A DNA stretch of 64,000 bases from Mustelus asterias (GCF_964213995.1 NC_135805.1:96162001-96226000); one strand, 5' to 3'. Shown: positions 23,477 through 36,798, counted from the stretch's first letter. Translations and numbers: made by a program. The notes: generated by a model not told the origin, from the letters alone.

Positions 23477-24403
23477 ATGGGTGTGCAGGCAGTGCTATGT
23501 TCCTCTTGCACTATGTTTGAGGTGAGGGACGACGACAGTGTCCCTGCTGATTACATCTGTGGGAAGTGCACCCATCTGCAGCTCCTCCAAAACCGTGTTA
23601 GGGAACTGGAGCTGGAGTTGGATGAACTTAGGATCATTAGGGACGCAGAGGTGGCCATAGACAGAAGCTTTAGGGATACAGTTACTCCGAGGAATGAAAA
23701 CAGATGGGTGACGGTGAGAGGGGCTGGGAGGAAGCAGTCCGTGCAGGGATCCCCGGTGGTCGTTCCCCTTAGCAACAAGTATTCCGCTTTGGATACGGTT
23801 GAGGGGGATGACATACCAGTGGTGAGCCGCAGTGAGAGGATCTCCAGCACTGTGTCCGTTTCTGTGGCTCGGGAGGGTAAGGGGCAGAGCGGGAGGGCAA
23901 TAGTTATTGGGGACTCGTTAGTTAGAGGGATAGATAGGAGGTTCTGTGGCAGCAAAAGAGACTCACGGATGGTATGTTGCCTACCGGATGCCAAGGTCCG
24001 TGACGTCTCAGACCATGTTTTCCGGATTCTGAAGGGGGAGGGGAAACAGTCACAAGTCGTGGTACACATTGGTAGCAATGACATAGGTAAGAGAAGGGAC
24101 GGGGATTTAAAGCAGGAATTTCTGGAGCTGGGCTGGAAGCTGAGAGCCAAGACGAAACATGTGGTCATCTCTGGTATGTTGCCGGTGCCACGTGATAGCG
24201 AGTTGAGGAACAGGGAGAGAGTGCAGTTAAACATGTGGTTGCAGGGATGGTGTAGGAGGGAGGGTTTCAGATACGTGGATAATTGGAACACATTCTGGGG
24301 AAGGTGGGACCTGTACAAACAGGACGGGGTGCTCCTGAACCTGAGGGGCACCAATATCCTAGGAGGGAAATTTGTTACGGTTCTTCAGCGGGGTTTAAAC
24401 TAA
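23477..24403 (+). CDS. CR1 ORF1p: zinc finger, leucine zipper, SGNH esterase-like domain
   Basis: CSSC...CGKC, LQNRVRELELELDEL, IVIGDS, HIGSND, DGVLLN (the usual His is replaced); ATG at 23477 is in frame with the ORF track. Confidence 0.9.
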   Translation: MGVQAVLCSSCTMFEVRDDDSVPADYICGKCTHLQLLQNRVRELELELDELRIIRDAEVAIDRSFRDTVTPRNENRWVTVRGAGRKQSVQGSPVVVPLSNKYSALDTVEGDDIPVVSRSERISSTVSVSVAREGKGQSGRAIVIGDSLVRGIDRRFCGSKRDSRMVCCLPDAKVRDVSDHVFRILKGEGKQSQVVVHIGSNDIGKRRDGDLKQEFLELGWKLRAKTKHVVISGMLPVPRDSELRNRERVQLNMWLQGWCRREGFRYVDNWNTFWGRWDLYKQDGVLLNLRGTNILGGKFVTVLQRGLN

Positions 24404-27291
24404 TTTGTCAGGGGAGTGGGAAAAGGAGTTGTAGTCCAGAAGTCAGTGAGGGTGGTGAGGTATTGGGGAAGCTATCAGGGTCAAGGGTGGGTACCGGTAG
24501 ACAGGAAGGTGGGTTGAAGTGTGTCTACTTCAATGCAAGGAGCATCCGGAACAAGGTAGATGAACTTGGGGCTTGGATTGGTACTTGGGACTACGATGTT
24601 GTGGCCATTACGGAGACGTGGGTAGAACAAGGAATGGTTGTTGGACGTTCCGGATTATAGATGTTTCACTGAGTGTAGGGACGCTGGTAAAAGAGGTGGA
24701 GGAGTGGCTTGTTAATCAAGGATAGTTTAACGGCTGCGGAAAGGCACTTCGAGGGGGATCTGCACACTGAGGTAATATGGGCTGAGGTTAGAAATAGGAA
24801 AGGAGCGGTCACGTTGTTAGGAGTTTACTATAGGCCCCCAAATAGTAATAGAGATGTGGAGGAAGAAATTGCTAAGCAGATTATGGATATGCGTGGGGGT
24901 CGCAGGGTAGTTGTCATGGGGGACTTTAACTTTCCAAATATTGATTGGAACCTTTGTAGGTCAAATAGTTTGGATGGGGCAGTTTTTGTGCAGTGTGTGC
25001 AGGAGGGTTTCCTGACACAATATGTGGATAGGCCGACAAGAGGTGAGGTCACATTGGATTTGGTACTGGGAAATGAACCGGGCCAAGTGTTAGATTTGGT
25101 TGTGGGAGAGCACTTTGGAGATAGTGACCACAATTCGGTGTCTTTTGTTATTGCAATGGAGAGGGATAGGGCCGTACGGCAGGGCAAGGTTTACAATTGG
25201 GGGAGAGGTAATTATGATGCGATTAGGCAAGAATTAGGGGGCATAAGTTGGGAACAGAAACTGTCAGAGAAAGGAACTAATGAAAAGTGGAACTTTTTCA
25301 AGGAACAAATACTGGGTGTCCTTGATAGGTATGTCCCTGTCAGGCAGGGAGGAAATGGCCGAGTGAGGGAACCATGGTTCACAAAAGAGGTGGAATGTCT
25401 TGTGAAAAGGAAGAGGGAAGCTTATGTAGGGATGAGGAAACAAGGTTCAGATGGCTCGATTGAGGGTTACAAGTTAGCAAGGAATGAGCTGAAAAAAGGG
25501 CTTAGGAGAGCTAGGAGGGGACACGAGAAGTCCTTGGCGGGTCAGATCAAGGAAAACTCCAAGGCTTTTTACTCTTATGTGAGGAATAAAAGAATGACCA
25601 GGGTGAGGTTAGGGCCGGTCAAGGACAGTAGTGGGAACTTGTGTATGGAGTCAGTAGAGATAGGCGAGGTGATGAATGAATACTTTTCTTCAGTGTTCAC
25701 CAAGGAGAGGGGCCATGTTTTTGAGGAAGAGAAGGTGTTACAGGCTAATAGGCTGGAAGAAATAGATGTTCGGAGGGAGGATGTCCTGGCAGTTTTGAAT
25801 AAACTGAAGGTCGATAAGTCCCCTGGGCCTGATGAAATGTATCCTAGGATTTTTTTGGACGCAAGGGATGAGATTGCAGAGCCTTTGGCGTTGATCTTTG
25901 GGTCCTCGCTGTCCACGGGGATGGTGCCAGAGGACTGGAGAATGGCGAATGTTGTTCCTCTATTTAAGAAAGGGAATAGAAATGACTCTGGTAATTATAG
26001 ACCGGTTAGTCTTACTTCGGTGGTTGGTAAATTGATGGAAAAGGTCCTTAGGGATGGGATTTACGACCATTTAGAAAGATGCGGATTAATCCGGGATAGT
26101 CAGCACGGATTCGTGAAGGGCAAGTCGTGCCTCACAAATTTGATAGAATTTTTTGAGGAGGTAATGAAGTGTGTTGATGAAGGTAGGGCAGTTGATGTCA
26201 TATACATGGATTTTAGTAAGGCGTTTGATAAGGTCCCCCATGGTCGGCTTATGATGAAAGTGAGGAGGTGTGGGATAGAGGGAAAGTTGGCCGATTGGAT
26301 AGGTAACTGGCTGTCTGATCGAAGACAGAGGGTGGTGGTGGATGGAAAATGTTCGGATTGGAGGCAGGTTGCTAGCGGAGTGCCGCAGGGATCAGTGCTT
26401 GGTCCTCTGCTCTTTGTGATTTTTATTAATGACTTAGAGGAGGGGGCTGAAGGGTGGATCAGTAAATTTGCTGATGACACCAAGATTGGTGGAGTAGTGG
26501 ATGAGGTGGAGGGCTGTTGTAGGCTGCAAAGAGACATAGATAGGATGCAAAGCTGGGCTGAAAAATGGCAAATGGTGTTTAACCCTGATAAATGTGAGGT
26601 GATTCATTTTGGTAGGACTAATTTAAATGTGGATTACAGGGTCAAAGGTAGGGTTCTGAAGACTGTGGAGGAACAGAGAGATCTTGGGGTCCATATCCAC
26701 AGATCTCTAAAGGTTGCCACTCAAGTGGATAGAGCTGTGAAGAAGGCCTATAGTGTGTTAGCTTTTATTAACAGGGGGTTGGAGTTTAAGAGCTGTGGGG
26801 TTATGCTGCAACTGTACAGGACCTTGGTGAGACCACATTTGGAATATTGTGTGCAGTTCTGGTCACCTCACTATAAGAAGGATGTGGAAGCGCTGGAAAG
26901 AGTGCAGAGGAGATTTACCAGGATGCTGCCTGGTTTGGAGGGTAGGTCTTATGAGGAAAGGTTGAGGGAGCTAGGGCAGTTCTCTCTGAAGCGGAGGAGG
27001 CTGAGGGGAGACTTAATAGAGGTTTATAAAATGATGAAGGGGATAGATAGAGTGAATGTTCAAAGACTATTTCCTCGGGTGGATGGAGCTATTACAAGGG
27101 GTCATAACTATAGGCTTCGTGGTGGGAGATACAGGAAGGATATCAGAGGTAGGTTCTTTACGCAGAGAGTGGTTGGGGTGTGGAATGGACTACCTGCAGT
27201 GATAGTGGAGTCAGACACTTTAGGAACATTTAAGCGGTTATTGGATAGGCACATGGAGCACACCAGGATGATAGGGAGTGGGATAGCTTGA
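24404..27291 (+). pseudogene. CR1 ORF2 (APE endonuclease + RT), frameshifted near 24630 and 24708, then open for 860 aa
   Basis: YFNARSI and ITETW in one frame; YRPP, GDFN, SDH, NYRPVS, FADD in the 24709-27291 frame. Confidence 0.92.
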
Positions 27292-27367
27292 TCTTGGTTT
27301 CAGATAAAGCTCGGCACAACATCATGGGCCGAAGGGCCTGTTCTGTGCTGTACTGTTCTATGTTCTA

Positions 27368-27597
27368 AATGCTTGTAGATCCTGCCTATGCATGTCACGT
27401 TCTCCTTCTTCTTCTTGACTAGGGCCTCACTATCTCAATTCATCCAGGGATCCCTACTTTTATCAGCCTTGCCCATCACTCTAAAAGGAATGTCCTTATC
27501 CTGAACCTTGGTTAACACACTTTTGAAAGCCTCCCACTTACCAGATATCCCTTTGCCTGCCAACAGACACCCCTAATCAACTTTTGTAAGTCCCTAG
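27368..27597 (-). mobile_element. Host CR1 ORF2 fragment (continues at 23105-23151 and 28441-29310)
   Basis: Minus strand encodes KWEAFKS...DPWM...LVKKKKE, collinear with CR1 ORF2. Confidence 0.75.
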
Positions 27598-28440
27598 GAT
27601 TGCAATGGAATCTTGATCAATTGGGATAGTGGGCTGATGAATGGCAGATGGAGTTTAATTTAGATAAATGCGAAGTGATGCATTTTGGTAGATAGAACCA
27701 GGGCAGAACTTACTCAGTTAATGGTAGGGCATTGGCGAGAGTTATAGAACAAAGAGATCTAGGGGTACAGGTTCTTGGCTCCTTGAAAGTGGAGTCACAG
27801 GTGGACAGATTGGTGAAGAAGGCATTCAGCATGCTTGGTTTCATTGGTCAGAACATTGAATACAGGAGTTGGGACATCTTGTTGAAGTTGTACACGACAT
27901 TGGTAAGGCCACACTTGGAATACTGTGTACAGTTCTGGTCACCTTATTATAAAAATTATATTATTAAACTAGAAAAGATTTACCATGATGTTACTGGGAC
28001 TTGTTGGTTTGAGTTATGAGAGACTGGATAGACTGGGACTTTTTTCCTTGAAGCGTAGGAGACTTAGGAGTGATCTTATAGAGGTTTATAGAATAATGAG
28101 GGGCATCTATCAGCAAGATAGTCAACATAATTTCCCAAAGTCTAAAACTAGAGGGCATAGGTTTAAGGTGAGTGGGGAGAGATACAAAAGGGTCCAGGGG
28201 AGAAATTTTTTCACACAGAGTATGGTGAGTGTCTGGCACAAGCGGCCAGAGGTAGTAGTCGAGGCAGGTACAATTTTGTCTTTTGAAAAGCATTTACACA
28301 GTTACATGGGCAAGATGGGTGTGGAGGAATATGGGCCAAATGCAGGCAATTGGGACTAGCTTAGTGGTTAAAAAAAGGGCAGCATGAATAAGTTGGACCG
28401 AAGGGCCTGTTTCCATGCTATAACCCTCTATGACTCTATA
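27598..28440 (+). mobile_element. CR1 3' fragment
   Basis: RPHLEYCVQFWSP motif; CTCTATGA tail. Confidence 0.9.
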
Positions 28441-29310
28441 AGTTCATCTGTCTTGTTCGTCAGGCCTCTTGCATTGAAATAAATGCAGTTTAATCTGGAC
28501 TTCCCTTGCTCTCTGCCCTGCTTTTGCCTGATCTCTCTAGTACTAGGATTACTGACATCTCCTTTACTATTTAATGTCCTCTCTTTAACTTTCGTGCTGT
28601 CCTCAAACTTCTCTTCTGTCTCCCTACTGCTTTGAGTCCCATCCCCCCTGCCAAACTAGTTTAAATCCACCGGAGTGGCCCCAGAAAATCTCCCCACCAG
28701 GATATTCATCCCTCTCCAGTTCAGGTGTAACCCATCCCTCTTGAACAGGTAAGCCCTTTCCCAGAAGAGATCCCAGTGATCCACAAATCTAAATCTTTGC
28801 CCCCCGCACCAGCTCTCAAGCCATGCATTCATCTGTCTAATCTTCCTATTCCTATTCTCACTAGCGCATGTCACCGGCAGTAGTCCAGAAATTACTACCC
28901 TCGAGGTCCTGCACTTTAGCCTTCTGCCTAACTCTCTATATTCACACTTCAGGACCTCATCCCATTTCCTACCTATGTCGTTGATACCAATGTATACAAT
29001 GACCTCTGGCTGCTCACTCTCCCCCTTCAGAATGTCCTGCAACCGTTCAGAGACATCCTTGACCCTGGCACCAGGCAGGCAACACACCATCCTTGAGTCT
29101 CGATCGTGGCCACAGAAATGCCTGTCTGTGCCTCTAACTAGCGAGTCCCTATTACTACTGCTCGCTTGCGCTTTGCCCAACTCTGCTTGACAGCAGAAGC
29201 AGGTGTGGTGTCACAGGCCTGGCTGCTGCTGGTATCTCCCCCTGACAGGCTATCCCCCTCAACAGTATCCAAAATGGTATACCTGTTTGAAAGGGGAATA
29301 GCCACAGGCT
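28441..29310 (-). mobile_element. CR1 ORF1 (esterase) and ORF2 start fragment
   Basis: ORF 28656-29180 contains DSLVRGTDR, IGINDIG, DGLHLN; ORF2 start LNCIYFNARGL at about 28490. Confidence 0.9.
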
Positions 29311-30102
29311 AATACTTGTGAGGAATATCAAGATTAACACAAAAAAGTTTTCTGAATTATATTGAAAGAGAAAGGATAGCCAAGGGTAATGCAGAACCTT
29401 TAAAAACTGATGTAAGTACTATTGAAAATAAAATTAAGGCAATGGCAGACTTGTTGACTAATTATCTTGTGTCAGTCTTCACAGTGGAGGAAAAGGATAA
29501 TATAATTGATATTCCAGAGAAACTAATAATAAATCAAGGGATGAATTCACTGAAGTTAATTTAAGCAAAGAAGTAATGGGACTGATTGAAAAATCTCTAG
29601 GAACTGATGATTTGTACCCCAGGGATTTAAAGGAAGCACATGAGGAATTTTCTGCTGCTTCCAAATCTTCCATAATTTTCCAAAACTTAATTCAAAAATT
29701 GTCCATAAGATTTGGAAAATTGCAGATTTAATTTCATTCCTTAAAAAAAAGCAAGAGAGAGAAAGCTGAAGATGATAAAGCTGTTAGTCTAACATTTTTG
29801 TGGGGAACTTATTGGAATCTATAATTAAAGACAGAGTGAATGAGCACTTAAAGAAGTTTGAGCTAATTAAACAGAATCAATTTGTAATGGGTAGATCCTA
29901 TCTAATGCATCTAATTGGATTTTTGAGGAAGTAACTGAAGTTGTAGCCAGGGGAATGCTTATAAATGTAGTTTATATAGACTTCCAGAAGTCAGTTGATA
30001 ATTAAGGTTCCACATAAGATTCTGCTAGGTAAAATTAAAGCTCATGGAATTGGAACCAAATCATCAGCCTGGTTACAGGATTGTTTAGACGGTGGAAGAC
30101 AG

Positions 30103-31697
30103 GGGGTGAAATAGCCCCAGAAATCAGCAAAGTCTGATTTTGAGCAAGGAAAGCAGCATTTGACTCGCCAATGCCAATAGTGTTTTTTTTCTGACATATT
30201 ATGCAGCACAAGGTTCAAAAATTGCAAAGGCATGGGCTTCACGTTGGATCGTTGATGGGATGACCTCTGATTCGCTCACCCCGCCATGACATCAGAGCTT
30301 CAGTAATCCGGTTACCATATCTGTACTGTGTCCTGGACAGAGCTAGCATTCTTCAATAGATAGGAAGTCCTAGGAACTGATGGCTCTCGAACTAAGAAAC
30401 GTGCTGGCCCTAAATTTAGTGACACCTTCCTCGACCAGCCAACCAATTTCTCCTCTTCCTGTGATCTCATCAGCTCGAGTTCCACAGGCTGAGGAGGGTG
30501 GCAGCCACACAGCAGGACCCCAAAGGTCACAACCATCCACCCGCCAAGGCCATCACAGACAACAGGGTATAGCAGTCAGCAGGCTGCCTCCATCCCTGCT
30601 GCGAATGTTGGGGATGCACCAATACATAGCAGCAGGTTTAGAAAGGTTAAGAAGGTGTAGTTACACTGTTAATCATGAGTAAATGTTAACTAGTGTAAAT
30701 AAACTCATGTGAATGTCACCCGGTCTATGGCTCCTTGTTATGATGAGCAGTGTTCCTGTCAGTCTGAAATGAAAGCTTGGTTCCTGCACAGGATAAAGAC
30801 TGGTGTCTTAGTTCAGGACTTTCTCCTGTGATGTGTGAAACATTCCCAGCACATTGATGTTGTGCCTTCACAGTGATGGGATACATCAGTCATGCCTGCA
30901 TCTCGATGGGATTTATCATTGTTTCCAGAATGTACTGGGCCATCATTCTCCCCAAATGCTTTTGAGGTGCAGGTTCCCCACCCCCCCACATCACCCCACC
31001 CCCCACCCCATCCCAGCAGCTTCTGCCTCTGGTGACACTGGGTGGCTTTAAGATCAGGAAAAGTTACGGTTTCCTCGCTGCATCCCCATGACCCTGTTCA
31101 TCAAGTGAGATGCCATCAGCCAGACAGGAGTCTGACGTTCACAGAAGCTCTGTGGCGATCTGTCCCCACTGCAGGTCATCATCATCCTGCAGGAATATAG
31201 GGAATGTGAAAATCCACTGCGTCTCCATGACAGGTGCCTTGTCTCAGAGGGTATGTGCACTGCCAACAGCCAGATATGTGTCAAATGCTCAGATATGCAA
31301 TGTGTGTATGTGTGGGGGGAGGGTCCTCACTGCTTGTCGTCATCGTCCTCCATAAATTTAGTGGCCATGAGTGTGCCCCAAGCACATCTGCCAAAGGGTT
31401 CTTTGCCTCCCTCCTCCCCTGTACCATTCCCCAGGCCCCAGAGTTCCCTTATTTCCCTTCTCCCCTAAACTGTCACACTGACCAACATGGGACTTAACTT
31501 TGATATGGGGGAATGATTTTGTCATGTGGCCATTATAATGGATGCAAATTTATTATAATTACATTCTCGACTTTTGACAGTAGGAAATGTAGCCCACCAT
31601 TGGTGGGGGGAGAGACAATCATGTCTTGTAGTTAGACTGCCAGGAAACACACTACCACGGAACACACTCACCTTGATCGGGTGCGGTAAGTTCCACC
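30103..31697 (+). mobile_element. Non-autonomous PIF/Harbinger derivative with Myb/SANT and transposase N-terminal remnants
   Basis: 3-bp TSD CAG at 30100-30102 and 31698-31700 within a CR1; weak TIRs; KKRAGPKFSDTFLDQ at about 30392; frameshifted RV...RY..QMSDMQC-like segment at about 31250. Confidence 0.55.
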
Positions 31698-31725
31698 CAG
31701 AGAATAACTGGTGTGCACTCAAGGA

Positions 31726-32029
31726 TTTTGATTTGATTTGATTTATTATTGTCACATGTATTAATATACAGTGAAAAGTATTGTTTCTTGCATGCTGTAT
31801 AGATGAAGCGTACCGTTCATAGAGAAGGAAAGGAGAGAGTGCAGAATGTAGTGTTACAGTCATAGCTAGGGTGGAGAGAAAGATCAACTTAATGCAAGGT
31901 AGGTCCATTCAAAAGTTTGATGGCAGCAGGGAAGAAGCTGTTCTTGAGTCGGTTGGCACATTATCTCAGACTTCTGTATCTTTTTCCCGATGGAAGAAGG
32001 TGGAAGAGAGAATGTCCGGGGTGTGTGGG
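31726..32029 (-). mobile_element. Rex1/Babar LINE 3' end
   Basis: HPGHSLFHLLPSGKRYRSLR...NRLKNSFFPAAI; (AAATC)n tail. Confidence 0.85.
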
Positions 32030-32280
32030 GAGGTGGAAGGAAGTGACCAGTTGTGTTCCACAGTGATCCGTGCTTGGGCTTTCAGCATTCATCACATTTA
32101 CTAATGACCTCGATAACACAATAGAGAGCCATATGTTGATGACACAAAAATAGATGGCTTGGAATGTAGTATAGGTGGGAGCATTACATTTCAAGGGGAA
32201 ACACATTTTGGTAGATTAAGTGAATGGGCAAAACTATGGTAGACGGATTTCAATACAAGAGTGAAGTCATCCACTCTTTG

Positions 32281-32615
32281 AATCATAGAAACCCTATAGT
32301 GCGGAAGGATGCCATTCAGCCCATCGAGTCTGCACTGACCACAATCCCACCCAGGCCCTACCCCCACATATTTACTTGCTAATCCCTCTAACCTACGCAT
32401 CTCAGGACTCTAAGGGGCAATTTTTAACCTGGCCAATCACCCTAACCTGCACATCTTTGGACTGTGGGAGGAAACCGGAGCACCCGGAGGAAACCCATGC
32501 AGACACGAGGAGGATGTGCAAACTCCACACAGACAGTGACTCGAGCCGGGAATCGAACCCAGGACCCTGGAGCTGTGAAGCAGCAGTGCTAACCACTGTG
32601 CTACCGTGCCGCCCC
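32281..32615 (-). mobile_element. Full-length HE1 SINE
   Basis: GGGGCGGCACGGTAGCACAGTGG head, GGTTCGATTCC B-box, V-domain, tail. Confidence 0.92.
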
Positions 32616-32909
32616 TTTGGTCCAAAAAAAATCTAAAAATGTTCTAAATAATGAAAAGTTAGAAACAGTGGAGGCTCAATCACTAAAATAATGATCAAAT
32701 CAGCAAATTGACTTTATAATCTATAACTTTTGCTACAGTTATACAAAGTCCTGATTAGATCTGGAGTAAATAGTATAATCTGGGCACTGGTCCTTAAAAA
32801 AAATGCATTAGCCTTAGAAAGCGAGCAAAGCAGATTCACCAGAATGTTTTGAGGTTTCTTATGGTTAGGTAATGTGGGGGGCGGTTATATAAGACAGGCT
32901 TGTATTCTC

Positions 32910-33950
32910 TGTCCAAATGCAGCAAGATATGGACAATATCCAGACTTGGGCTGACAAGTGGCAAGTAATATTTGTGCAACACAAGTGTCAGACAATGCAC
33001 ATGTCCAACAAGAGAGAATCTGATCATCGCCTCGTAACATTCAATGGCATTACCATTGCTGAATCCCCTAGTATCAACATGTTAGATGCTACCATTGACC
33101 AGAAATTGAACTAGACTAGCCAAATAAATGCCGTGCCTACCAGAGCAGGTCAAATGCTAGGAATCCTGCTGTAAGTAACTCACCTGACTCTCCAAAGCCT
33201 GTCCACCATCTACAAGTCACAAATCAGGAGTATAATGGAATACTGTCCACTTGCTGGATGAGTGCAGCTCCAACAATACTCAAGAAACTTGATACCACCA
33301 GGACAAAGCAGTCCACTTGATTGATACCCCTCCCACAAGCATTCAACCCCTCCACCACTGACAAACAGCGACAGCCATGTGTACCATCTACAAAATACAG
33401 TGCAGGAACTTAAAGGTTTCTTCAGCAGCACCTTCCAAACCCATGACCATTACCATCTAGAAGGATAACAGCAGCAGATAACTGGGAAAGTCACCACTTG
33501 GAGGTCCCCTCCAAGTCACTCACCATCCTGACTTGGAAATGTATTGCCATTCCTTCACTGGTGCTGGGTCAAAATCCTGAAACTTCCTCCCTAACAGCAC
33601 TAACAGTCCAAAGATGTGCGGGTTAGGTTGATTGGCCGTGCTAAAATTGCCCCTTAGTGTCTTGAGATGGGTAGGTTAGAGGGATTAGCGGGTAAATATG
33701 TAGGGATATGGGGGTAGGGCCTGGGTGGGATTGTGGTCGGTGTAGACTCGATGGGCCGAATGGCCTCTTTCTACACTGTAGGGTTTCTATGATTTCTATG
33801 ATCTATGAGCACTGTCGGTGTACCTACACCTCAGGGACTGCCGCAGTTCAAGGAGGCAGCGCATCACCACCTTCTCAAGGGCAACCAGGGTTGAGCAATA
33901 AATGCTGGTCTAGCCAGTGATGCCCATATCCCACGAATGAATAAAAGTAA
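32910..33950 (+). mobile_element. Second CR1-group LINE family, 3' end (HE1 fragment nested at about 33604-33806)
   Basis: MQQDMDNIQTWADKWQV..., IYKSQIRSIMEY; tail AAGGGCAA...AATAAATGCTGG. Confidence 0.85.
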
Positions 33951-34099
33951 AATCTACATTTGAGAATGAGGGATTTCACTGTATGAATCATTCATTCATC
34001 TAGGCCATTAGATCTAACATAATAAGAAGAAGATGTAGTGTGATTGATATTCCATAGAAAGTGGTTTCTTTCTGATCCTGGAGTTCTTGAAACTGTCGA

Positions 34100-36798
34100 C
34101 GATAGGACAGACAATTTAACAGACCTCAGGTGGGAATGTCCAGTCCCAGTCCACTTCACCTCTCACACACACCTTGAAATAGCGTACCAGTAAATTGCGG
34201 AGCATTATCCATGATGATCTCTCTAGACATTCGAAATAAACTGAAAAAAGCACTTAGCATATTTGTGACAGTTTTGCTTGATGTATTACTTAATTGCTAA
34301 ATAATGGGGTACTTGATAAAGCAATCAACAATTGCAATGAAGTCAGTGCAAGGATATGAAGGAGGCCGGATGTGATTTTGGACCAAGGATGGGTAGGAAC
34401 TTTGTGTAGAATCAATGGTTCTTTATGCTCACTGGGCATGCCTCACACTTCGTGACAACAACTTCGGTGTATATATTCATATCCAGTCAATAGACTGCTT
34501 CTCTTGTGCCTGTTCTCATCCATTCTATGCACATATATGAGTGATGAAGTTGTTGAAGAATATCAAGTTACAAAGGTTCCAATATGATGATCTGTCTGCC
34601 TTTAAAACTGACTCCCGGGAAGATGCTTAATTCATCCCAGTGAGACCAAAATAGTTTTACTTGTTCATGGCCAAGTTGAATTTATTCAGGCTATCCTTCA
34701 ATGAACTGATGCGATGGGAGTAGTTTCTGAAGTCGATCTGTCATTTGAGGTCTGATTGCTTCCATGTATTGTTACTAGTGTGAGGTCACGGCATGCCAGT
34801 AGACCTGATATTGCTGGGCATTTGGTCTCCACAATATAGAGCATCTGTGACACCGAGGAGGATTGATTGTATTTGCACTCCAGGACTTTGAAACCTGCAC
34901 CCGTTTTCACCATGTTCACCATGAGAGTTGCACAGTAGGAGATTTCACCATGCTCCTCCATGTCTATGGATATTAGATATTAGATATATCAGAATATTAG
35001 AACGTGCAGAGGCACTATGTTGGCTCATGTCCCTATGTCAATCTTAGCCAATAACGAGTAGTTACCAACTTTTTTAGGACAGATAATTTGAATCTTTGCA
35101 AGTACTTGAGATGGTGAGTAGGCATCAGTGTTCTCCATGGGATTGATAATGAGAAACGTGTTCACTGCTCTTTGTCTCATCATGCATATCATTGTCATGA
35201 TCTTGTTGGTCAGTCACCTCATGTATCTGTTTCTAATAGGATATTGGACGGTCATTCTGAGTGCTTGAAGGTACCCATTATGTACAGTCAGTCTGTAGCA
35301 GTGCATGGCTCTTTGTGGCTGCATCAGAATTTGCTCGAATGAATTGCTGCTGCTATTGGTCTTTTCTACCACATATCTTTCAGTATTGATGGAAAGCTGG
35401 GCATTTCCTTGATGCATGTAGAAGGCTACACCTTTCACAAGTTTTGCGAGGTTTGGGTGTTCTAGTAAGTGTGTCAACAATTGTGGTTGTATTTATGAAC
35501 TGCAAGCTCCATTCACCTGTGAGGATTGCTTTGTACATATATCCATCCTTGAGTAGTTCTTCAATGTTAAATGTTTGGACTTGTCCTGCAGATCTTTCTG
35601 AAACACTTCACCTCAACAGTTCTGTCTGCTGGCTCTGCATTTAAAAAATCATTGTACGTTCCCCTTTCCCTGCTGACAAAATTGTCAATGGATTATATAG
35701 GTTGGGGAATTATGTCAAAATTACATGAACTCTAGTTGATGAATATGGAAGGTTCCAATGTGACCCACATCTTTTGGGGAACATTTAGCTCTTCAGCTGT
35801 TACTCCTGATGTATTAAGCCAATGTAGAATTTCATTCGCAATTATTAGGCACAATTTATGGCTTGCTTTTCTGGTTCAGACACATATGAATCAAGAAACC
35901 ATTGCTGGTATTTTACTGCCTTGCCCGCTTGAGGCTCACAAGATCCCGCCCGAGGCAACGGAGAATGCTAATCTGCGAGCCTTGCCTACCCGGTAAAATT
36001 CTGGCGCATAGCTCTGTATGCTGGTTTGAAAATTTTGAACTTGGATGCGTCCCAATTCAGACTTTGGAATTTTGTAGACGTTTTGACAATATCCCTTTAA
36101 TCTTCCTTCTCCTAGAGTACTTGGGATGAGTATTACTGTAGACAATGGTTTTGCAAGCTTTTTCAATGCTCTGCTGATTATTGGAACCATCTCTGGCCCA
36201 ATTTGTATAACTTTGTCTGCTTCTCCTTCACTCACTACTGATCCGACCCACACCCTGGTCACTTGCCTTTCCCGACTCAACTAACCTGGTGCTGGTCCCC
36301 TCAGTGGATCCATCTGGTTATCAGCTCTTTATTTGAGCACCATCTCTGTACTGTGTCTATAAAGCCTTTCTGCACTCACTATGCTGTTGTTTCAACACTC
36401 TCCAATGCCATGACTCTGTTGCAGTCTGACCAAAATGTCACGGGTTGTGTCATGCCATGTAACACGATCCAAAACTGTTCACCATGTCGTACCTGTACTG
36501 AATCTTGCTGCCAGGCTGTGCACTATGTCATTTAGAAGGAACCATTTCTGTACACCATATTGTTTGTGTTATAATGGTATAAAAGCACCAGTCACTCATA
36601 AGTGATTGTGCAAAGAAGTTGTGGGTTCACTTATTAATTCTAGGCATATGTGAGCACGGACAGAAATCTTGAGGACATCAGAGCTACAAACCTGTGTGTC
36701 TGTGTTCTGCTCCAGGCTGAAATGAAACTGAGGCTGGATCACATGACACACTTCCCTTAATGTGATGGCATGCTGATATCCCTTAAAGGCATGTTACA
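34100..36798 (-). mobile_element. Degenerate Gypsy LTR retrotransposon with RT/RNase H deleted
   Basis: LTR 36798-36561 (TG...CA), PBS-like TGGTGT(A)CAGAA, gag knuckle CERCSLLHASRKCPAF..*KICGRK (about 35400), protease-like VKTGAG (about 34900), integrase LHHSY..AVY*..CEAC, PWSKI, IVDCFIKYP, EIIMDNAPQF (34150-34650). Confidence 0.85.

Larger units (their letters stand above)
23152..27367 (+). mobile_element. Full-length CR1 LINE (about 4.2 kb)
   Basis: 5' UTR, ORF1, ORF2, (TGTTCTA)n tail; TCTAAAT duplicated at 23145-23151 and 27364-27370; flanks join into one minus-strand CR1 sequence (RIYKH|LER..LIRD). Confidence 0.95.
29315..32900 (+). mobile_element. Old, highly degenerate CR1 ORF2 hosting several insertions
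   Basis: Decayed DFQK..D and VTS.VPQ..VLG motifs; collinear pieces at 29315-30102, 31698-31724, 32031-32280 and 32616-32900. Confidence 0.75.

Noticed and set aside
23551-24354. 267-aa minus-strand ORF
   Set aside because: Antisense shadow of CR1 ORF1; similar shadows occur over the other CR1 copies
24709-27291. RT as a retron, DGR or other prokaryotic-type system
   Set aside because: APE plus RT architecture, ORF1 and microsatellite tail identify an ordinary CR1 LINE
32560-32615. tRNA gene
   Set aside because: A and B boxes belong to a SINE head; no complete cloverleaf
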